Shown piece by piece: positions 63,900 through 64,000 of a stretch of DNA of 64,000 bases (its first letter is position 1; each line of letters starts with the position of its first letter). This DNA comes from Candidatus Pacearchaeota archaeon (lineage in GTDB: Archaea > Nanobdellota > Nanobdellia > Pacearchaeales > GW2011-AR1): assembly GCA_018304165.1 (NCBI GenBank), contig JAGVWS010000033.1, forward strand, positions 60-64,059. Reading direction: 5' to 3'. Under the pieces are notes generated by a model. That model did no database searches and was not told the DNA's origin. It worked only from the letters and a program-made list of their open reading frames with translations. Position numbers and translations under genes: made by a program.

Positions 63900-64000
63900 T
63901 TTTTGTTGAATAAATCCTAATCTATCATCTTATTCATTTCTATAACTTGTACTATTGTCCCCAATAACTTCGCGTTAGGTTCTAATAGCTAATGGTTGAG

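Overview
AT-rich (about one third GC) archaeal chromosomal window. Gene content (PolD DP1/DP2, Orc1/Cdc6, r-proteins L18e/L21e, RpoD/RpoN/RpoF, RNase P Rpr2, XerA-like recombinase, SecDF) fits a small-genome, DPANN-like archaeon; the lineage is inferred only.

Layout:
- 0-5 kb: 3' end of a Hef-type helicase gene plus a separate XPF/ERCC4 nuclease ORF, 2H phosphoesterase (ThpR-like), PP-loop Dph6-like protein, 3-methyladenine glycosylase, Obg/DRG-type GTPase.
- 7-15.4 kb: replication module PolD-DP2 (with a mini-intein), PolD-DP1, Orc1/Cdc6, and a putative oriC (ORB-like boxes plus an extreme AT tract).
- 15.4-25.9 kb: accessory genes (Nudix, PRC barrel, two paralogous coiled-coil/wHTH proteins with a palindromic operator array, two small membrane proteins, repeat-rich surface proteins).
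- 26-32 kb: ThrRS, tRNA-Ala(CGC), an IS200/IS605 element (tnpA+tnpB), a secreted protein, an XerA-like recombinase.
- 32-37.6 kb: archaeal r-protein/RNAP operon S13-S4-S11-RpoD-tRNA-Leu-L18e-L13-S9 and L21e-RpoF-DUF655.
- 37.8-43.2 kb: MacB/FtsX-type ABC transporter with two split permease paralogs, a GC-rich foreign-looking gene, the ATPase.
- 43.2-48.4 kb: rpoN (dislocated from S9), Rpr2, 5S rRNA, tRNA-Leu(CAA), Nudix, tRNA-Arg(CCT), tRNA-Gly(TCC), SecF, SecD.
- 48.7-63.9 kb: surface-glycan biosynthesis cluster (FAD oxidoreductase, GT2, GT39-like, MTase, Wzx flippase, B12-radical SAM, GDP-mannose dehydratase carrying a LAGLIDADG intein, Nudix), interrupted by an ArsR/Met-rich/SHOCT/DUF302 metal operon.

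Intergenic space is dominated by several interrelated repeat families:
- a ~215-bp MITE-like element with 13-bp TIRs;
- mosaic repeat modules;
- REP-like hairpin arrays;
- many short tandem arrays.

No CRISPR array was found.
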